A model generated the notes under the pieces. That model ran no database searches, had not been told where the DNA came from, and was given only the letters and a program-made list of their open reading frames with translations. Made by a program: the position numbers and the translations under genes. Source: Macrostomum lignano (Eukaryota). From it: a DNA stretch of 56,403 nucleotides. Positions 37,886 through 51,500 of this stretch are shown here, piece by piece; position 1 is the stretch's first letter; the number at the start of each line of letters is the position of its first letter. Location of the stretch: contig NIVC01004180.1 in NCBI GenBank assembly GCA_002269645.1, positions 1-56,403 on the forward strand, read 5' to 3'.

Positions 37886-38548
37886 GCTGAGATGTCAAGG
37901 CTCACGGGGGAATAAATGAGATGTCAAGGCTAAAGTCAGAAGCTACATGTAGTTTATTGAAAAAAAGTTATTATGTTATTTGTTGGCTCCTCACGGGAGG
38001 GATCACTGATAGAAAAAGCGTAATGTAAAAAATAAGAGAAGCTTCATGTCGAAGTTAAGAGATTCATTTGGGAATCCCTACGATGTCGAGGCTTGCAGGG
38101 AATCGCTATAATGCTGTAGTAGTGCTATAATGACTCTTAGAGAGAATTACTGAAATTTCAATGCTTTAGGGTTAGGGTTAGGGTTAGGGTTAGGGTTAGA
38201 AAGTAGACAGATTTTTTAAGATTTCAAGGCTTATGGGGGCATCGCTGAGATGTCAAGGGGGGAGTTGATATGTTAAGGCTTGTGGGGGGGGATTGCTGAC
38301 ATGTCAAGGCTTACAAGGGTACTGGTAGCGTACTGGAGCGTACTGGTAGAAGTAGCTCTGAAAGAAGGCAAGTATGGTTGAATTTCAATGTCTGTTATAA
38401 AATTCTGCACAAGCATGTTTTATTGGTACATAAGCCCAGAATTAAAATGAGAATTCGATTCCTAGCCCCCTCCCTAAGAATTTTTTTTCATTTTAAAGGA
38501 TTCGTCCCTTGCTTATTGGCCACCCCGAAGGGGGGCGCTAGATTGCTA

Positions 38549-39165
38549 GTCAAGAACTAAAACACCAACAATGTACATTAAAGTCACGATTGAGCAAAGA
38601 CGTGCAAAGAGCGTGAGCCATGGACGATGAGCACACACAGAGTTAAAATCACAAACGATACACGGAGTAAAAGCGCACTCAGAACCCCACGCACTAGGCC
38701 CAACAACAGTCTTTTGTATTTTTTCAAAGCAAGACGATGTACAGTATAATTTGTGCGACTGCCCAATGCTTGTGGCTGAAAACAAACTAGCAGACCTATC
38801 ATTGTGCTGCCGTTCTTTGCCTGTATTCTATGGAGTTTTACAATATGAAAAAACCGTTCAAAAAAGTTTATTCATTCAGCTCAGGATCAGGTGTCTCACT
38901 ATCTGCAGCATCTCAAGTCTGCAGGTTGAAATCCCGTGTCCGTCGACCACTTACTGCAAATTTTGTTTTTTATAAGTTTCAGTGCTATGATAACCAGAGT
39001 ATCTTTAACATAGGGAAAACGAAGCGACGCCTGTACACACGGGTCAAGGAGAATGGGACTAAAAGTTCAGCCATCCAGGAACACCTGCTCACGTGTGATT
39101 CATGTTGTAACAGCAACCCACTCGACTTGTTTAACATTATTGATTTCTGCAGTCTTAAGAGGCCA
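38549..39165 (+). mobile_element. Decayed Penelope-like element fragment (GIY-YIG endonuclease region)
   Basis: KSRVRRPLTANFVFYKFQC..IFNIGKTKRRLYTRVKE..SAIQEHLLTC resembles the PLE VVY..C..YIG.T.R.L..R..EH motif. Confidence 0.75.
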
Positions 39166-39279
39166 CTAGCAATCTTCGCCCCCCGATGGGGGACATCTAA
39201 ATAGAATATCTGTTCTCTAAAAGTAACAAAAAGACAGCGAAATAAAGCTTTCACAAAGACAACAGACATTCCATCTGTA

Positions 39280-41090
39280 AAGAAAACATCCCCAGACAGC
39301 ATGCAAGCATCTCCCAGATAGCATGCAAGCATCTCCCAGATAGCATGCAAGCATCTCCCAAATAGCACGAATCCCCCAGATAGCAAGCATCCCCAGACAG
39401 CATGCAAGCATCTCCCAGATAGCACGAATCCCCCAGATAGCAAGCATCCCCAGACAGCACGCAAGCATCCCCCAGATAGCAAGCATCCCCAGACAGCATG
39501 CAAGCATCTCCCAGATAGCACGAATCCCCCAGATATAGCAAGCATCCCCAGACAGCACGCAAGCATCCCCCAGATAGCAAGCATCCCCCAGATAGCAAGC
39601 ATCCCCAGACAGCATGCAAGCATCTCCCAGATAGCACGAATCCCCCAGATAGCAAGCATCCCCAGACAGCATGCAAGCATCTCCCAGATAGCACGAATCC
39701 CCCAGATATAGCAAGCATCCCCAGACAGCACGCAAGCATCCCCCAGATAGCAAGCATCCCCAGACAGCATGCAAGCATCTCCCAGATAGCACGAATCCCC
39801 CAGATAGCAAGCATCCCCAGACAGCACGCAAGCATCCCCCAGATAGCAAGCATCCCCAGACAGCATGCAAGCATCTCCCAGATAGCACGAATCCCCCAGA
39901 TATAGCAAGCATCCCCAGACAGCACGCAAGCATCCCCCAGATAGCAAGCATCCCCCAGATAGCAAGCATCCCCAGACAGCATGCAAGCATCTCCCAGATA
40001 GCACGAATCCCCCAGATAGCAAGCATCCCCAGACAGCATGCAAGCATCTCCCAGATAGCACGAATCCCCCAGATATAGCAAGCATCCCCAGACAGCACGC
40101 AAGCATCCCCCAGATAGCAAGCATCCCCAGACAGCATGCAAGCATCTCCCAGATAGCACGAATCCCCAGATAGCAAGCATCCCCAGACAGCACGCAAGCA
40201 TCCCCCAGATAGCAAGCATCCCCAGACAGCATGCAAGCATCTCCCAGATAGCACGAATCCCCCAGATATAGCAAGCATCCCCAGATAGCATGCAAGCATC
40301 TCCCAGATAGCACGAATCCCCCAGATATAGCAAGCATCCCCAGACAGCACGCAAGCATCCCCCAGATAGCAAGAATCCCCCAGATAGCAAGCATCCCCAG
40401 ACAGCATGCAAGCATCCCCCAGATAGCAAGCATCCCCCAGATGGCAAGCATCCCCCAGATGGCAAGCATCTCCCAGATAGCATGCAAGCATCTCCCAGAT
40501 AGCAAGCATCCCCCAAATAGCAAGAATCCCCCAGATAGCAAGCATCCCCAGACAGCATGCAAGCATCTCCCAGATAGCACGAATCCCCCAGATATAGCAA
40601 GCATCCCCAGACAGCACGCAAGCATCCCCCAGATAGCAAGAATCCCCCAGATAGCAAGCATCCCCAGACAGCATGCAAGCATCCCCAGATAGCAAGCATC
40701 TCCCAGATAGCAAGAATCGCCCAGATAGCAAGCATCCCCAGACAGCATGCAAGCATCCCCAGACAGCATGCAAGCATCCCTAGACAGCATGCAAGCATCC
40801 CCAGACAGCATGCAACCATCCCCAGACAGCATGCAACCATCCCCAGACAGCATGCAACCATCCCCCAGATAGCAAGCATCCCTGGATACAAAGAATCCTT
40901 ATAGATAGCTAGCAACCCCCTCTCAGATAGCAAGTACCCTCCACTCCCCAAGAGCAAGCATCCCCCAATAGCAAGTTACCCCAGATAGCAAGCATTCTTC
41001 CGATAGCAAGCATCCCTCCCCCCAATAGCAAGCATCACTCAGATAGCAAGCATCCCCCTGATAGCAAGTATCCATCCTTAAATAGCAAGC
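39280..41090. repeat. Multi-variant 18-23-bp satellite (CCCAGATAGCAAGCATCC family)
   Basis: Directly visible; explains the three long minus-strand pseudo-ORFs. Confidence 0.95.
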
Positions 41091-41149
41091 ATCCACCAGA
41101 CATCAAGTAGCTAGTGCAATAATTTCCTTAGCTTTATAGTGGCTCCATT

Positions 41150-42450
41150 TTGTTTGGCATGACACTTCTTTTTATGTTTGACATGGTGGCTCTTCTATGT
41201 TTGACATGGTAGCTCTTTAATGTTTGACATGGAGTCACGTATATGTTTGACATAGTGGCTCTTTAATGATTGACATCGTGGTTCTTTAATATTTGACATG
41301 GTGGCTCTTTAATGTTTGACATGGTGTCTCTGTTATGTTTGACATGGTGGCTTAGTTGTTCGACATGGTGTCTCTTCTATGTTTGACATGGTGGCTCTTT
41401 TGTGTTTGACATTGTGGCTCTTTAATCTTCGACATGGTGGCTCTTTAATTTTTGACATTGTGGCTCTTTAATGTTTGATATGGTGGCTCTTTTATGTTTG
41501 ACATGGTGGCTCTTTAATGTTTGACATGGAGTAATGTATATGCTTGACGTGGTGGTTCTTTTATGGTTGACATGGTGGCTTTTTTATGTTTGACATGGCG
41601 GCTCTTTTATGTTTGGCATGGTGGCTCTTTTATGTTCGACATGGTGGCTCAATAATGTTCGACATGGTGGCTCTTTAATGTTTGACATGTTAGTTCTTTT
41701 ATGTTTGATATGGTGGCTCTTTTATGTTTGGCATGGTGGCTCTTTAATGTCTGACATGGTGGCTCAATAATGTTCGACATGGTGGCTCTTAAATGTTTGA
41801 CATGCTGGCTCTTTAATGTTTGGCATGGTGGCTCTTTAATGTTTGACATGGTGGCTTTTTAATATTTGACATGGTGGCCCTTTTATGTTCGACATGGTGG
41901 CTCTTTAATGTTTGACATGGTAGTTCTTTTATGTTTGATATGGTGGCTCTTTAATGTCGGACATGGTGGCTCAATAATGTTCGAAATGGTGGCTCTTTAA
42001 TGTTTTACATGGTGGCTCTTTAATGTTTGACATGGTGACTCTTTTATGTTCTACATGGTAGATCTTTTATGTTCGACATGGTGGCTCTTTAATGTTTGAT
42101 AAGGTGGCTCTTTAATGTTCGACATGGTGGCTCTTTTAGGTTTGAAATGGTGGCTCTTTAATGTTTGACATGGTGGCTTTTTAATGTTCGCCATGGTGGC
42201 TCTTTAATGTTCTTAATGGTGTCTGTTTTATGTTTGACATGGTGGCTCTTTAATGTTTCGACATGGTGGCTCTTTAATGTTCGACATGGTGGCTCTTTAA
42301 TGTTTGATAAGGTGGCTCTTTAATGTTCGACATGGTGGCTCTTTAATGTTCTTAATGGTAACTCTTTTTTTTGTTCGAAATGGTGGCTCTTTTATGTTTG
42401 ACATGGTGGCTTTTGTATGTTTGACATTGCGCTTCTTTTATGTTTAGCAG
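41150..42450. repeat. 23-bp satellite (TGTTTGACATGGTGGCTCTTTAA)n
   Basis: Directly visible, ~55 units. Confidence 0.96.
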
Positions 42451-42489
42451 TTTTTTGTTTTTAAGGTGTTTTAATAAAAAAATCATTTT

Positions 42490-42555
42490 GCGCTACCAAG
42501 ATTCGAACCCAGGTCGCTACATTAGCAGACCAGTCTGTTCGCATCTAGGCTATCT
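42490..42555 (-). ncRNA. tRNA-derived Pol III cassette
   Basis: TAGCCTAGATG..CTGCTAA loop..GGGTTCGAATC on the minus strand. Confidence 0.6.
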
Positions 42556-43899
42556 TTTTTCAATTGGAGCACATGAATTGTGGCTCTTATAATTCAATTC
42601 TTACAGCAAGTCGGTTAGAGTAAAAATTTATGACATAATCAATTTCTCAGTCAGCCAGTATCAGTCTTAATTTAAGTTAGCAATATTGTTACGCAATTTT
42701 AATCAAGTCTTGTGTGCGTTTCTGTGGCACTGTTTTCACCTTGTTGTGATGCAATCTTTATCACAATTGAAATTCAGCCAGTCAGTTTTTTCTCTAGCAT
42801 TCTTACAATGCATTTCAAGTCGAAATTTTTGCTTGACCTTTGCAAAAAAGCATGTTTTTCGAATATTTAATCCCTTTAAAATTGAGCAATTTCTTAGCCA
42901 AGATGCATGTACCGTCCCAGGAAAATTTCTGATCGAATGGTGCAAGTTTGAAGAAAATCGGTTGAGCCAATTTTTCTGAAATCAATCGCATACCCATATA
43001 CAGACAACTCATTTTTAGTATATAGGATTTACATCCAATATACTAAAAATCAAAACTATGTACCTATAGGAACCTTAGTTTAACTTGGCTCTACATGGTC
43101 GGAATTTCATGGGGTTTTCTGCATTCGATGCGTATTGATGGCGCGCTGGTACACGAAATTTTGCTAAGAAATTGCTTCATTTTTTCGGGATTAAATATTC
43201 GAAAAACTCGATTTTTGCCCCGTTTTTTTAAAGTTCAAACAGTTTTTTCCGATTCAGAAGCATTCTGACTGCCGATGGAATTCTATTGCATCATAACTCA
43301 GTTCTCTACGCTCGCGTGGAGAGCTACAAGGGTTGAAAGGTTGTGCAACACCTTTTTAGTTATTGAAATTGAGGGGCGGGTGTCGCTATTCAATTAGTCC
43401 TGGGCATTTCCTTGGTTGTTAATTTCAATGCATCAACTTGCAGGCCTCTCACTGTAGCTGGCGTTGAATGTACACCTTATGAATTTAAATGCTTTAAAGC
43501 AAGAATGGTCAATCGTTGTTTGTGCTTCGAGTTTTTCACTTTCAGAAGAGAGCCTTGTATTGCTGGAAAGAGCTAGAAACGCTGAGTTCGGGAATATAAT
43601 TTGTTTGCTGAAATTCGAAAAATTAAAAGCACAGCATTGAAAAGAAGATTTCTATGCTTTTCACTTTATATAGTCATTGTACACTCTCCCATATCGCAAA
43701 CCCCTACTCCACGATTCAAGCCAGCGCCATTTGATTTAGATTTAGATTGCGTAACCATATTGTTGACTTTAATTGAAACTGATACAGACTGCCTGAGAAA
43801 TTGATTATGTCATAACTGCTTCGTGTGATTTACTCTATGCTTGGAGTTTTGAAAGTGTTGAATTATGTAACTGCTACAATTCATGTTATCAAAACGATG

Positions 43900-43960
43900 A
43901 GAGCTAGCCTAGAGGTAAACAGACTAAACTGTTAATGCAGCGGCGTGGGTTCGAATTTTT
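43900..43960 (+). ncRNA. tRNA-derived Pol III cassette
   Basis: TAGCCTAGAGG..CTGTTAA loop (Asn-like)..GGGTTCGAATT followed by a T-run. Confidence 0.6.
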
Positions 43961-44759
43961 AGAGTGTAGAAGTTTTTTACTAAAATTTTAGCTGGTGGAT
44001 TAACCTTCAAATTTTAAAAAGGATTATTCCATCAGACAAGAAATTAATTATTGTACCAGCTGACGAAATTGCTTCACTATCTTTCTGGGGGTAGCTACTT
44101 TCTTCCTGGGGATGCTTGCTATCGGAAGGACGCTTGCTCTTGGGAGATGCTTGCTTGGGGGAGATTGCTAAGATGTCAAGACTTACCGGGAGAAATGACG
44201 GAGATGTAAAGGCTTACTGAGGGAATTACTGAGATGCCAAGGCTTAAGAAGAAATTGCTGAGATGCAAAGGCTTATGAGGGAATTACTGAGATGTCAAGG
44301 CTTTGGAGGGGGGGGAGAAATTGCTAAGATGTGAAGACTTACTGGAGGAATCACTCAGATATAAAGGCTTATAGGTGGAATTACTGAGATGTCAAAGCTT
44401 GGGGAGGGAATTGCTGAGACGTCAAGACTTAAAATGGAATTGCTGAGATGACAAGTCTTGGGAGGGGCATTGCTGAGATGTCAATGCTTTAAATGGGAAA
44501 TCCTGAGATGTCAAGCCTTAGGGGGGGGGGGGTTACTGAGATGTTAAGGCTTGGTGGAAATTTCTGAGATATAAAGGCTTAATGGGGGGATTTCTGAGAT
44601 GTCAAGGCTTAGGAGGAAATCGCTGCGACGTCAAGGGTTAAGAGGGAATTGCTGAGATGTCAAGGCTTGGGGAGAATTTATGAGAATTTTTGAGACGTCA
44701 AGTCTTGGGGGGAATTCCTGAGATTTCAAGTCCTTCAAGTCTTGGGGGAAGGAATTCCA

Positions 44760-46450
44760 TGGATTTGGGATTCTTTCGGTGAGGGGTGCTGCTAATGGAT
44801 ATCTTTAGATATAGGTGATTCATTGGTGAATTCCTTGATGGGGGATTCTTTAGATGAAGGAATTCTTTCGATAAAAAGATCCTTTGGATATGGGATTGTT
44901 TGGGTGGGGATTCTTTAGATGTGGGGAGATTCTTTGGCCTAGGATTCTATTGATAGGGGGATTATTTGGATGGGAGATTCTTTGGATTCTTTGGATGCGG
45001 ATTCTGTCGATGGGGGATTCTTTGAATGGGGATTGGAGGCGGATTCTTTGGATGGGGATTGTTTTGACGGGGGTTCTTTAGATGAGGGGATTTTTTGGCC
45101 AATAATTCTTTTGATGGGGGTTTATTTGGATGTTAGAATCTTTGATTACTTGGATGTGGAATATTTGGATTGGGATTCTTTGGAGGGAGATTCTTTGAAT
45201 AGGGATGAATGGGGATTGTTTGGTTATGAATGGATGGGGGGATTCTTTGGATAGGGATGGATAGGGGGATTCTTTGGATTCTTTGGATAGGGGATTTTTT
45301 AGATGAGGGATTCTTTGGATTCTTTGGATAGGGGATTCTTTAGATGAGGGATTCTTTGGAAAGGGATTTTTTGTATCGGGTTTTATCTGAAGTCATGTGC
45401 TTTAGGCATTGTGAAATTTAGGTCTTATGAAGCGCCCCCATTGCTGAGATGCCAAGGCTTAAGAGGGACTTGCTCAGATGTCAAAGCTTGGGGGGAATCG
45501 CTGAGACGTCAAGGCTCAAGAGGGAGTTCCTGAGATGCCAAGGCTTTGGACGGGGGAGAAATTGCTAACATCTCACGGCTTGCGCCTGAATTGCTGAAAT
45601 GTCAATGCTTGAGGAATTTCTGAGGTGTCGAGGCTTGAGGGAATTGCTGAGATGTTAAGTCTTGGGGGAATTCTATGGATTGATGATTCTTTGGATGAGG
45701 GATGCTTTTAATGGATATCTTTGGATAGGTGATTCATTAGGGAATTCCTTCGATAAGGCATTGTTCCGATGGTGGATTTTTTGAATAGGCGATTCTCTAG
45801 ATGAAGGATTCTTTAGATGGGGGATATTTGGACGGGTTTTTTTAGATGAGGGGATTCTTTGGCCAATAATTCTATTGATGCTGGGATTATTTGGATGAGA
45901 TATTCTTTGGATTCTTTGGATGGGGATTATTTGGACGGGGTTCTTTAGATAAGGGAATACTTTGGCTAATTATTTTTTTTTGGTGGGGGAACATTTAGAT
46001 GGGATATCTATGGATTATTTGGATGCGGATTCTGTAGATTAGGATTATGATGTGAATTATCATATGATCATATGATCATATGAATTGATGGGGAAATTAT
46101 TTGGATAGGGATGGATGGGGGATTCTTTGGATAGGGATGGATAGGGGAATTCTGTGGATCTTTGAATCGGGTTTTTGGATTCTTTGGATAGGGGATTCTG
46201 TGGATGAGGGATTCATTGGATGGGGATTCTTTATATAGGGGGCTTCTGTAGATGGGGGATTTCTTGAGTAGGAGATTCATTGGATGGGGATTCTTTATAT
46301 AGGGGGCTTCTGTAGATGGGAGATTTCTTGAGTAGGAGATTCATTGGATGGGGAATTCTTCAAATGGGAGGATTCTTTGAATGGGGAATTCTTCGGATCT
46401 GTGATTCTATCGATGGGGGCTCTTTGGATAGGGGATTCTTTGCATGTGAG
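44760..46450 (+). repeat. Degenerate GGATTCTTTGGATAGGGG-like low-complexity array
   Basis: Directly visible. Confidence 0.85.
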
Positions 46451-47741
46451 ATTCTTTGCATCGGGGATTTTGTGGATGGGGAAAACTGTAGTTGGAGTTT
46501 GGACGAAAGCCCCAACGGGGGTTGGAATTGGCTAGTCCAATATACTAAAAATCAAAACTATGTACCTATAGGAATCTTCGCTTTACTTGACTCTACATGG
46601 TCGAAATTTCGTGGGGTTTTCTGCATTCGATGCGTATTGATGGTGCGCTGGTACACAAAATTTTGCTAAGAAATTGCTTCATTTTTTCGGGCTTAAATAT
46701 TCGAAAAACTCGATTTTCTCCCTGTTTTTTAAAGTTCAAACAGTTCTTTCCGATTGAGAAGCAGTCTGACTGCCGATGGAATTGTATTGCATCATAACTC
46801 AGTGCCAACTATAGCATTGGTTCTCTACACTCGCGTGGAGAGCTACAAGCGTTGAAAGGTTGCGCAACACCTGTTAGTTATCGAAATTGAGGGGCGGGTG
46901 TCGCTATTCAATTTGTCCTGGGCATTGGCTTGGTTGTTAATTTCAATGCATCAACTTGCAGGCCTCTTACTGTAGCTGGCGCTGAATGTACACCTTTTGA
47001 ATTTGAATGCTTTATACTCGTAGCAGGAATGTTCAATCATTGTGCTTCGAGTTTTTTACTTTCAGAAGAGAGCCTTGTATTGCTGGAAAGAGCTAGAAAC
47101 GCTGAGTTCGGGAATATAATTTCTATGCTGAGATTCGAAAAATTAAAAGCACAGCATTAAAAAGAGGATTCCTATGAATTTTACTTTATATACTCATTGT
47201 ACGCTCCCCCATATCGCAAACCCCTACTTTATAGCAACTCCACAATTCAAGCCAGAGCCATTGATAAAGCAAGGAGGGTCTGCTCAGTGTTGCGTAATAA
47301 ATTCCAATACTTATATGCTCTTGGTTGATATTGAATTCAATATAATTATTACCTTAGCTTACTCAGCGTGCCGTATCCAGACGCTGAATTAGCGATAAGC
47401 TTTTTAGCTCAGGACAGATGTACATATTTGAAACCCCAAACACTGGAGTCACGAGCGCTCAATTCATTGAAATTGCCGCGCACATTTCATTCACTTTGAA
47501 TGTGCTTTTAAGGCAAGACTTTAGCCTGCCTCTTGAACTGGGTTTTCTATAAAGATTCATCGCATCAGCAAAATCTCAGCTTAATAATCCTCTCACCTAC
47601 CTTTATTAGTACATTGACAACTACTGTCTTGATTAAACAGTTTCTGCCTACACCATTTGATCCATAACTGAGATATCTTCTGGTATCTGATACTAATTAT
47701 CTACTGAATCGCCATTTATTATTTACTTTTTTACATTAAAC

Positions 47742-48493
47742 TATTCATTTCATACTTTAGTACCGCAGTTGTATAATTATATTTGTAATTATTCATTCAT
47801 ACTTTAGTACCGCAGTTGTATAATTATATTTGTAATTATTCATTCATACTTTAGTACCGCAGTTGTATAATTATATTTGTAATTATTCATTCATACTTTA
47901 GTACCGCAGTTGTATAATTATATTTGTAATTATTCATTCATACTTTAGTACCGCAGTTGTATAATTATATTTGTAATTATTCATTCATACTTTAGTACCG
48001 CAGTTGTATAATTATATTTGTAATTATTCATTCATACTTTAGTACCGCAGTTGTATAATTATATTTGTAATTATTCATTCATACTTTAGTACCGCAGTTG
48101 TATAATTATATTTGTAATTATTCATTCATACTTTAGTACCGCAGTTGTATAATTATATTTGTAATTATTCATTCATACTTTAGTACCGCAGTTGTATAAT
48201 TATATTTGTAATTATTCATTCATACTTTAGTACCGCAGTTGTATAATTATATTTGTAATTATTCATTCATACTTTAGTACCGCAGTTGTATAATTATATT
48301 TGTAATTATTCATTCATACTTTAGTACCGCAGTTGTATAATTATATTTGTAATTATTCATTCATACTTTAGTACCGCAGTTGTATAATTATATTTGTAAT
48401 TATTCATTCATACTTTAGTACCGCAGTTGTATAATTATATTTGTAATTATTCATTCATACTTTAGTACCGCAGTTGTATAATTGTATTTGTAA
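47742..48493 (+). repeat. 47-bp tandem repeat, ~16 essentially identical units
   Basis: Unit TTCATTCATACTTTAGTACCGCAGTTGTATAATTATATTTGTAATTA; period measured 47761 to 47808. Confidence 0.97.
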
Positions 48494-48598
48494 AAAGTAG
48501 CAACTACTATTAAAACTAGATTAAACTTTTATTCCGTATTCTTTTTCTACCGTATTTCGTATATTTCTATCCGTACTTACTAAGTATCAATAATAGCT

Positions 48599-51500
48599 AT
48601 GGGTCGCCGTGGAGCAAGTCATTTAAAGAAAAGCCGTGAGGCAAAAAAAGGCGACGTGAAGAATCTAGCGCTGAGCGCGAAGCCCGTTTGGAAACACGAC
48701 GGCAGCGGGACTCAGAGCGCCGAGCCCGTGAGACTGACGCCCAGAGAGCTGCTCGGCTCGAGGAGCTGCGACAGCGGGACGCAGAGCGCCGGGCTTGCGA
48801 GACTGACGCTGAGAGAGCTGCTCGGCTCGAGGAGCTGCGGCAGAGGATTGCTGCCAACCGAGCCTGCGAGACTGACACCGAGAGAGCTGCCCGCCTGGAA
48901 GACATGCGGCAGCGAGAAGCTGACCGCCGTGCTTCCGAAACAGGATACGAGCGTTTGGATCGTCTCGAGGCTGAGCTATTACGTCGCCGGAGCATTTGGG
49001 CTTCGAGGTAAGTCTGCTGATCTATACCTATAACGGTTACTCTTCTGCTTTTGTTGATTTAAACTGCACCGTTTTTCTCTGGTCTCTTTTTTTCTTTTTG
49101 TATAGCTGATGATTGCATCGTTCTGTATTACCTTGAATTTTTGCATTTTGCATTTAGTTTAAGCAGATTTCATTAAGAATACTTAAGTAAGACCTGCAAA
49201 ATATAATTTACCTTTATCACTTCAGCCCCTTACATATCTTCAGTCACAATTTTTTATTTGACTGACCATTTTCCCTCTCAATTTTAGACAGGAAAATAGT
49301 GAACCAGCAGCAGCGGCTCAGGTATCTTTTAATCAATTGAGCATAGTTCCCATAGCCGGTGATGGAAATTGTTTTTTTCACGCTGTTTGTGATCAGTTGC
49401 GAGGCACCGCACTTGAAACCGATGCTGCTTCATTGAGGCACAATTTGTCAAGCCGCGCGGCAGAGCTGGTGCCACAGTTGATTGTCGAAGGCTTTGTTTT
49501 CCCAGAGAATGCGGATGCCATAATCGAAGCTTCATTTACAGAGGGAACTTATGTGCCTGATGAAATCGTGCCCCTTTTAAGTCGCTGCTTTCCGGTTGAC
49601 CTGGTTATTTACCAGCGCAATGGAAGTGTGCTGCAGCACTTTATGTCCTTCGCGCAGCCTCCTCTGGCTGTTGTGCGCCTGGTTCTGAGCAATGAGCACT
49701 ATGAATCTCTGAGACTCCGAGATCCTTTGCAGGGAATAGAGCCTATGGAGTTCCCCGTTCCAGCTGCAAGCAGAGCACCTGCTGCAAGAACCAGAGTCAA
49801 CTGGCGCAAGAGACCTGCTGGCTCAGCTGCTGCTACTTCTGCTCCTGGCGCTCGTGCGGAGACTCAAGCTGGAAACGAAGCGGAAGCTCAGCAGAGGTAA
49901 TGTCTGAAGGGCGGCGATCATGCTAAACAAGTTTTTACTCTTTATAGTAATCCCACTAAAGGACAGGGATCAGAAAAGTGAGCCACAAACGATACTTAAG
50001 CAGGCATGCTTATTGAGGTTTTTATAACAGTTTTTACATAGAAAATAATTGTTCCGTTCATTCTCACATAATCAGGTGCTTAAACCTCCCAGCGGCTAAC
50101 TTGATTTTTTTACTCAATTTCGTCCGCTATTTTTTCTATGCGTAGTCTCATATAATTCTTAACTTTAACTTACTCTAAAGAGACACTTTCAGTGACTGGA
50201 AAAATAATGTTAATAAAATTAACTGACACTCTGCCGAAAATTTATTGCAGGAACTCCGACCAGCCAAGACCAGAAGTGCCGACCCATCAGTGTGGCCGCA
50301 TGAATTCTGTGTGCAAGTTCTGCGGCGCATTGCGCTGGGACAAGGAAGCCGAGTTTTGCTGCGCCAAGGGCAAAGTGAAATTGCCTGTCCGGACTGTTCC
50401 GCCAGTGTTGGCTGACCTGTACACCGGAAGGCATGAGAAGAGCAAGGAGTTCCTGGCCAACATCAGGAGCTATAACTCGGTTCTGCACCTGACGTCATTC
50501 GGTGCTGATCTGCGACCCACGCCTGGTGGTTGGAACCCGAGCTTTGTGATCAGCGGAAAGTTGTACCACAACACTGCGCCGCTGCTAGCTGATGCTCCGA
50601 ATGCGCCTAGGGGCTGGCAGGTGTACTTTATGGACCGCGAGCTCGAAAGCCGCCTTAGCCTCAGCCAAAGAGTGAAGCCTGAGCTGCTGCAGTTGCTGCA
50701 AGGATTGCTTCACGAGTGCAATTCCTATGTGCGGAGTCTGCGGGCTGCAGCGCAGCGAATCAGCGAAGATCCTCAGCTGTGCGATGCGCGGATTGTGATT
50801 TACCCAGATCGACGCCCGGCTGGTGAACACATTCGGTAAGCTGCATTTTTCAAACATGGATATTTTAGTAGAATCTTCTAATATAGTATAATAAATTTGA
50901 TTGAAACCCCATCTGTCCACAATAAGGCGGTACAATCTGCCCACGGCAAACGAGGTCGGAATCCTAATTGTCGGGGATGCTGAGGAAGCACCGAACAGTC
51001 GTGAAGTCGTCATCCAACTGCGAGGAGGTGACACCAAGCGCATTTCTGAGACACACAGATCATACGATCCGCTAGAGTACGTCCTTCTGTTTCCGAACGG
51101 AGAGAGCGGCTGGCATCCCGAGCTTCGCATGACCAATGGCCGCAAACTGACTCCCATGAAGTATTACGCCAGCGAGATCATGGTGCGAGCCGACCAGTTC
51201 AACGTGCTGCACCACGGCCGGCGGCTGTTTCAGCAGTACCTGGTGGATCAGGCGGCCAAGATCGAGTCGGAGAGGCTTCTTTATTTGCGTACTCATCAGG
51301 ACGACCTTCGCAGCGAGACCTACAGTGGGTTGCGTGATGCCCTGTTTGCAGCTGATGGACTGCACACTGGCAAGGAGCCGAAGGAAATTGGAAAGCAGGC
51401 GCCCGTGTTTCTCTCCTCAAGCTTCGTGGGCGGACCGCGATATCTGATGGAGCGGCTCCAGGACGCCATGACTTACGTTCAGAAATTCGGCAAGCCGGAT

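Larger units (their letters stand above)
39166..43027 (-). mobile_element. Minus-strand non-autonomous Helitron (~3.9 kb) carrying two satellite arrays and a tRNA-like cassette
   Basis: 5' TCCTATATACTAAAA at 43027; shared box at ~42860; 3' CCCCC-GAT-GGGGG hairpin and CTAG|T at 39166. Confidence 0.8.
43034..46535 (+). mobile_element. Non-autonomous Helitron, family C (~3.5 kb)
   Basis: 5' A|TCCAATATACTAAAA; first ~650 bp homologous to 46536-47230; contains the 30-mer and GGATTCTTT-rich arrays; ends in a weak hairpin + CTAG|TC. Confidence 0.78.

Noticed and set aside
38985-40957. Three overlapping 500-620-aa minus-strand ORFs
   Set aside because: The satellite lacks stop triplets on that strand in every frame; no protein signal.
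47742-48493. CRISPR array
   Set aside because: Units are contiguous and identical with no unique spacers; the context is eukaryotic and no cas genes are present.
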